Shown here piece by piece: positions 57,582 through 64,000 of a DNA stretch of 64,000 nucleotides (the first letter of the stretch is position 1; each line of letters begins with the position of its first letter). The position numbers were made by a program, and so were the translations under genes. The DNA comes from Eledone cirrhosa (lineage: Eukaryota): positions 354,702,001-354,766,000 of the forward strand of contig OZ024741.1 in NCBI GenBank assembly GCA_964016885.1. The letters run 5' to 3'. The notes beneath the pieces were generated by a model, which saw only the letters and a program-made list of their open reading frames with translations, had not been told where the DNA came from and ran no database searches.

Positions 57582-59207
57582 AATTAAAACAAGAAGTTTT
57601 ATCGGCCAATACAAGCCGGAAACTCCGAAGAATATGGAGTGTACATACACTAAAGTATTGCAAGATTATGGGTAAAAATATATAATAAAAATATATAATA
57701 AAAATCACTAAGGAGGTGTATAACATTTAGAACCATATTACAAATATAGTCCAAAGCAAAAAAAATCCTAGAGCTAAACAAAGGTGGTTATATAGAGCAG
57801 GAATTATATATAATACAATGTAATATAATATAATATACCTTTACCAATATTAAAATTACAATAAAAATCAAAAGGTACAATATACATATGTATATATGTA
57901 CGCACACGTACGCACACATACACATACATCAATACACATATCCATCTTCAACTGCACAAATTAAACCTTATTAAGAGTTTAAATATAAATAAGCATGATA
58001 GGAATAAAAATAATAATAATAATAATAATACATATACCCAATATACATGAGGTAATAATATGATATTATTATAAGTAGCACATATAATATATAATAAACT
58101 ATACAATTATATACTATATAATATAATATAATAGAATAGATAATCTCCGGTTAATTTACACAGACAATATAGATGTCACAATAATACTATAATAATAATA
58201 TACTAACATTTATAATATACAATATATAATGGCATTCAAGTTAACAAATCAATTCATATAGAGTTACAGAGTAGGTGAGGAAAAACAAATTGTACAATAC
58301 CCAAAAATTATGATGGTACAAAAATATAAACATCTTACATGATATATAAAGTTTAACATATCATAATGTTACATATAATTAACGGTAAGTAATAAGGATC
58401 GATATTACAATAACAAATACAATATAATATAATATAAAATAATTAACATAATATAATATATAATTACTTATAATTACAAGGTTGGTAAACAGACATGTAT
58501 ATGGATGAGTGAGTAAAGGCCAGACAGTAAATATAATGCACAGTAGTATTACAAATAAAATATAAAATACAAAATAAAATAAATAAATAAATAAATAGAA
58601 TCAACCGGAAATTAAAAAACAAAAACAAAAGTATACATTTAGGTCTCGCATGCAGTTAAGTAAAAACTTAGGAAATAACCCCGGTAAATGACTCGAAAAC
58701 CCTATTTGATAAATTAATATTAAAAATATTTAAAATATCCAATAAGGCAGTATAATATTAGCTATAGTTTAAGTAATTAAAGTTTATAAATGTTAATATT
58801 TCATTACAAATATTTACAAAAAGGAATGAAATTTTTTACTATCATATACATAACGATATCTAAAAAACTGACTTAAGCAGAATTATGGTAGGCTAATAGG
58901 GACAGAAATGAAGAAATATATGGAGGATACAAAGGGGCATAAAATCATAGTCAATATACTATATTAAATAATATATATATATATATTATATAATATATAT
59001 ATATATTATATAATAATAATAATAAAGTATGAATTCCTACGTGTAAAAAATACATATAGGGAAACAAGTATTATCCAACCGTATGCCAATGTGGTTCTAT
59101 GGCGGGTTAATAAATTAACAAGCCAAAACATATAAAATCAAGGTCTAGCAAATAGAGGAAAAGTTATAAAATAAATTTTAAAAAATTCGCTGTACTTACT
59201 ATATGTG

Positions 59208-59287
59208 CCTTTACCGCGGTTTCTTGCTCCAGAATAAACGGAAAATTCAAGCGGATTTCCATTGAGAAGGGAGCAATCTTCAAAAGG
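59208..59287 (-). ncRNA. Type I hammerhead (C3U) in a PLE-like fragment (~59026-59304)
   Basis: Minus strand CCTT-TTGAAGA-TTGCTCC...GGAGCAA-GAAA-CCGCGG-TA-AAGG. Confidence 0.75.
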
Positions 59288-59404
59288 GTCTTCTCCCTCG
59301 GAGAATATAATATATATATATATATTATAATATATATAATATATATATATTATATAATATATATATAATAAATATATATTATATAATATATATATATTAT
59401 ATAA

Positions 59405-59608
59405 TAACAAAGGAATTGTGGTAAGGAACCAGATGAACCATAACGCACCAGAGTACTCAATACTTAGGGTAGTAGAGTGGGAATTATGAAAAAGTATGAC
59501 CCCGACTGCAATGCTCAAGCCGTTTCGACGGCTATTTCTGGACTAAATAGTCCAGAAATAGCCGTCGAAACAGCTTGAGCTCTGCCGTCGGTGTCATACT
59601 TTTTCCTA
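59405..59608 (-). mobile_element. PLE-like fold-back insertion, same family as 53373-53580
   Basis: Hairpin centre GGACTA-AA-TAGTCC at 59546/59547; arms ~59488-59605. Confidence 0.8.
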
Positions 59609-59857
59609 TATTATATAATATATATATATTATATAATATATATATATTATATAATATATATATTATATAATATATATATTATATAATATATATATATATA
59701 TATATATTATATAATATATATATATATATTATATAATATATATATATATTATATATATATTATATATATTATATAATATATATATATATTATATAATATA
59801 TATATATATTATATATATATATATTATATATATATTATATAATATATATATATATAT

Positions 59858-59934
<77 letters not shown>

Positions 59935-60498
59935 ATATAATATATATATATATTATATGATATATATATATATACTTTATATATTATATAATATATATAA
60001 ACGGAAAAAATGAAACGAAATTTCATTTCCCACTCTTAGTACGGCTGTTACTTAAATATAAGTATGTACACATACATACATATATGTATACAGACGTACA
60101 GTAGTATGTATATATATATATACATACATGCACACATATATATATATATATATGTACATATGGATTCACCGAACATTTATTATAATGATCAGTGTGCTTG
60201 TAAACAAACATCCCGTATTAAGCCGTAGTGTCCAGCAACCATCATTGCTCATTTGTTCAACACTGACAAAAGAACGTTGTACTAGTTTGAAGCTTATTAG
60301 CTATCGTGAGCAACGTATACCTTCCTGCCAGATTGTTGAACGTATATACTTACCTTATGCATATTAACGGCTGAGTAGCCCAATTTGCATATCGAGTGGG
60401 TTAATTGGCCGGGTGCACCGAAAATGATAAACGGAAAAAATGAAACAAAATTTCATTTCCCACTCTTAGTATAGCTGTTACTTAAATATAAGTATATA

Positions 60499-61432
60499 CT
60501 AGACACAGAGCTCTGGTTAGCTACCATTAATAACAAAAACAAATCCTCCATTCCCATTATGCCAAACCATGACTTCCAAATATCTGATCCACCGAAACTC
60601 AGCTGTTTCGGACCATACCAAAATCAACATACTGATTGCGGATTTGGTACGGGTGATGAGAAACGTGTCCCGCATGTGCAACCCCAAAGAACTAGAGAGA
60701 CACATACAACACTTCATCCACTGTATGCAGTTCTCTGGTTACAATCAGAGAGATAAAATCAGAGTATATAGAGGAGCCAGAACCAAATGGGGAAAAAATG
60801 GTAAATAATGACACAAATGGGACCTGCCCCTTGTATAGGAGCAAATTTTGGAATAGAATAGAAAGAACTAGGAATAAGGTTAATAGAATAAACTCATGGT
60901 ATGATAGCAATAAATACCAGAGTGTAATGTTCATCGATACAACCCCGAGAGGTGAATTAGCTTACAAATTTTAAAGGGCCCTAGATAAACATAAACTCAA
61001 TATTAAGATAGTAGAAAGACCAGGTACCTCCTTAAAAGCACTTATTAGCAATACATACCCTTTCCAATGACCCCCTGTATAGATAAGAAATGTATAATCT
61101 GTAAATTAAGCCCCCATATTAACTGTAAAACTAGAAATGTAGTATATAGCATAAGATGTACTGAAGGACAATGTAGAGATAAGAATATAGTGTACATAGG
61201 TGAGACAGCTCGTATTATAGGGGAACGGATAAATGAACACTGGCGAGACCTTGAAGATAGTAAAGAATCATCTGTACTCTACCAACATGCTAAAATAGAA
61301 CATAAGGGTAAATTAGAGAACATAGAAATAAAAATAGAATCTACACACAGAAAAGACGCAATGTTTAGACAAATCACAGAGGCAATAAACATAAATGAAT
61401 TCCAACCAAAATTAAATAGAAAACATGAATGA
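60499..61432 (+). pseudogene. Penelope-like (probably Neptune-group) RT thumb, Cys linker and GIY-YIG endonuclease, disrupted
   Basis: IHRNSAVSDHTKINIL...MQFSGY; CIDKKCIIC...CKTRNVVYSIRC...VYIGETAR...RINEH...HAKIEH...RQITEA...KLNRK; frameshifts and stops between the ORF pieces. Confidence 0.9.
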
Positions 61433-61646
61433 AACAGCAACATCACAACTTACAATTAAGGACAAAATGAAAACACACATGCACATAGAACAAACAACCA
61501 ACCAGTAACATGTAAATAAACAAATATAAACACACACACACACCCGGATGTAACACATGCGCAAACTAAGCACACAACACACACAAAAACAAGATGGCGT
61601 AGGACAGAACAAAGGAGAGGCACAAAAACAAAGAAAAGAATCCCCA

Positions 61647-61689
61647 GTCACTGAAGAGGTCACAGAATGTGGGACGAAAGAACTTTGAC
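61647..61689 (+). ncRNA. Type I hammerhead in the pLTR of the coding PLE (family A; element end ~61885)
   Basis: GTCA-CTGAAGA-G-GTC...GAC-GAAA-GAAC-TT-TGAC, downstream of the GIY-YIG ORF. Confidence 0.82.
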
Positions 61690-61880
61690 AATATATAAAC
61701 AATCATCTGGTTGTGGAACCAACCAACCAACTGGAAATTTATAAATTTATTATAATAAATTGAAGTGAAAGCAACTGGTGCGTGTGTTTCTTATTGGCAA
61801 CATGACCCTCCCAAAGTATAACAATATCGGTTTCAACACACGTTTTCAGATAAAGAATCTTGCTAAACAAATTCAGAAAC

Positions 61881-61930
<50 letters not shown>

Positions 61931-61946
61931 ATATATCTATATATAT

Positions 61947-63040
61947 TATCATCATCATCATCATCACCGTTTTATGTCCGTTTTTCCATACTAGCATGGG
62001 TTAGACGGATTGTCCTGTTGTGGGCAGTGTCTAGTCGGCTGACCATGCCTTGCTCCTACAGGAACTGATTTGGCTTGATTTCTACAGCTGGATGCCCTTC
62101 CTAACACCAACCTCATTTTCAGTGAGTGCTGGGTGCTTTTTCGTGGTGCCTACAAGTCCACTTTACAGTGTAGGCTGGGTGATTTTTTGCCATGGCACCT
62201 CCACAACCACCTTGCAGTGGGAGGGTGTGGGCATATTGTCTATATGCTTCAGCTTGTACCCATGGGAGGTCGGGTACTCTGTATTACTGCGTGACACCAG
62301 AGGTCACGGTCATGTGTCATCGCCTTTGAGAGGTGTAATTGGGTAAGGTCGGCTTTTATCACCTCATCCCAGGTCATCTTGGGTCTCCCCACTCCGCGGT
62401 TTCCATCGACTTCTAGTGCTCTGCACCTTTTTATGCAGCTGTCATCCTTCATACGCATCACATGTCCATACCAACGCATCTGCCTCTCCTGCACACAGCA
62501 TTTGATTCCTCTTATGCTCAGTCTCTCTCTCAATTCATTTATGCTTTGTCGTTCGCGTATATTACTATTACACATCCATCGGAGCATGCAGGCTTCGTTT
62601 CTCTCTAATCTACGTAAGTATTCCACCTTAAGCGCCCAGATCTCACTACCATGTAACATTGCTGTTCGGATACACGCATCATACAGTCTGCCTTTCATTT
62701 TGAGGGAGAAGCCTTTTGCAGCTAGCAGTGGTAGTAGTTCCCTAAACTTCTTCCATCCCGTTCTTACCCTAGTTATTGTACTTTCAGAACACCCACCTCC
62801 GCTGCTAATTCGGTCACCTAGATAGCAGAAGCTGTCTACTGTCTCTACAGAGCCCTCCCAGAGGTTGGTGGTACTTGTTTCCTGTGGCTGTTTGCTGCTT
62901 CCTGTCCCAGTACAGCTACTGCATGTGAAGTCTACATTCTTAATTAAGCTTCCTGAGATCCCGCTACATCTCTTGTGTACCCATTGTTTGCATTTGGGGC
63001 AGAGAATGGAGTTCCTACCTACACCTTTCCTACATACTGA
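61947..63040 (-). mobile_element. RTE family b, 5'-truncated
   Basis: ORF 62249-62698 and upstream sequence match 49250-50033; (CAT)n tail. Confidence 0.93.
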
Positions 63041-63180
63041 TTATATATATATATATACATATATATATATTATATTATATATATATATATATATTATATA
63101 TATATCTATATCTATATATATATTATATTATATATATATATATATTATATATATATATCTATATATATATTATATATTTA

Positions 63181-63214
<34 letters not shown>

Positions 63215-63236
63215 CTATATATATATATATATATAT

Positions 63237-64000
63237 TGTTATACTTGGGGAGGGTCATATTTGTGTAATATTGCCAGAATTAATAACAGAACACACTCAC
63301 TGTTTGGTTGGTTTTCGCTTCTCGCTGTCTTTTATATCTGCGATCTAACTTAATCGGTCCTCAATGTTGCCATTGACTGACCGACGGTTAAAAATAATAC
63401 AGATACAATATAGACACAAACACATATATATAGTTTACATAATTTACATAAATCTTTCGTTGCACATCTGCAACATCGTCAGTGGTGTTATATTTTTTCC
63501 TCCTGTTGTGTTGTATGTCTACGCCATCTTTTATTCAGTCTGTCTATATACTTATTTATTTATTTGCTTGTTTGTTTATTTTATTTTGTCTTCTTTGCGC
63601 ATGCGTTTGCGTGTGTGTACAGTGTTGTGTGTGCTGTGTGACTAGTGTGTATAGTGTTGTGTCTGCTGGGTGACTAGTGTGTGTTTATGTGCTTGTTGTT
63701 ATTGTGCTTGTGTATGTATTTATTTATCTTATTTTATTTTATTTTATTTATTTACTTATTTATACTTCTCTTAGCTAGACAACAACATGACGGTAACATA
63801 GACAACATAGAAATTAGAATAATATCTAAACATAGGAATGACCCAGCAGATAGGCAAATCAGAGAGGCCAGTGAAATAGAAATTAGAAGACCAAAGCTAA
63901 ACAGAAAGAATGAGTGGAACAACAACAACACCCAAACAAACAACACTGACCTAAAAGAAGTATAAATAAGTAAATAAATAAAATAAAATAAAATAAGATA
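63237..64000. mobile_element. Second PLE family: inverted pLTR/UTR (63237-63770, minus) joined to a GIY-YIG C-terminus (63773-63920, plus)
   Basis: QQHDGNIDNIEIRIISKHRNDPADRQIREASEIEIRRPKLNRKNEW aligns with the end of ORF 61067-61432; 63955-64000 is the reverse complement of ~63725-63770; shares TTGTTATACTT.GGGAGGGTCAT with family A. Confidence 0.85.
63447..63484 (-). ncRNA. Type I hammerhead with one extra nucleotide before stem II
   Basis: Minus strand CA-CTGACGA-T-GTTGCA(GATG)TGCAAC-GAAA-GATT-TA-TG; short stem I. Confidence 0.7.

Larger units (their letters stand above)
56796..60000. repeat. Interrupted (TA)n tracts of TATTATATAATA type
   Basis: Tracts at ~56796-57392, 58965-59025, 59305-59404, 59609-60000. 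Confidence 0.93.

Overview
Repeat-dense, very AT-rich animal genomic DNA. The SINE/LINE repertoire points to an octopod cephalopod; this is inference from recalled repeat sequences. No host protein-coding exon could be confidently identified, and nearly all long ORFs in the track are artefacts of translating (TA)n microsatellites. Kilobase-scale interrupted (TA)n arrays act as landing pads for retroelements: many short Penelope-like element (PLE) pseudo-LTR fragments, often folded back into palindromes, plus 5'-truncated RTE, CR1-type and L1/Tx1 LINEs. About 16 type I hammerhead ribozyme motifs (stem I-CUGANGA-stem II-GAAA-stem III-UH-stem I) from about 11 distinct sequence families can be read by eye, including core variants. 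One degenerate coding PLE (RT thumb plus GIY-YIG endonuclease) lies at 60.5-61.9 kb. The 24.5-48.5 kb interval is older sequence with tRNA-type SINEs, MITEs, a solo LTR, a Chapaev3-like DNA transposon and a CR1/RTE composite. A 200-N gap lies at 50157-50356.
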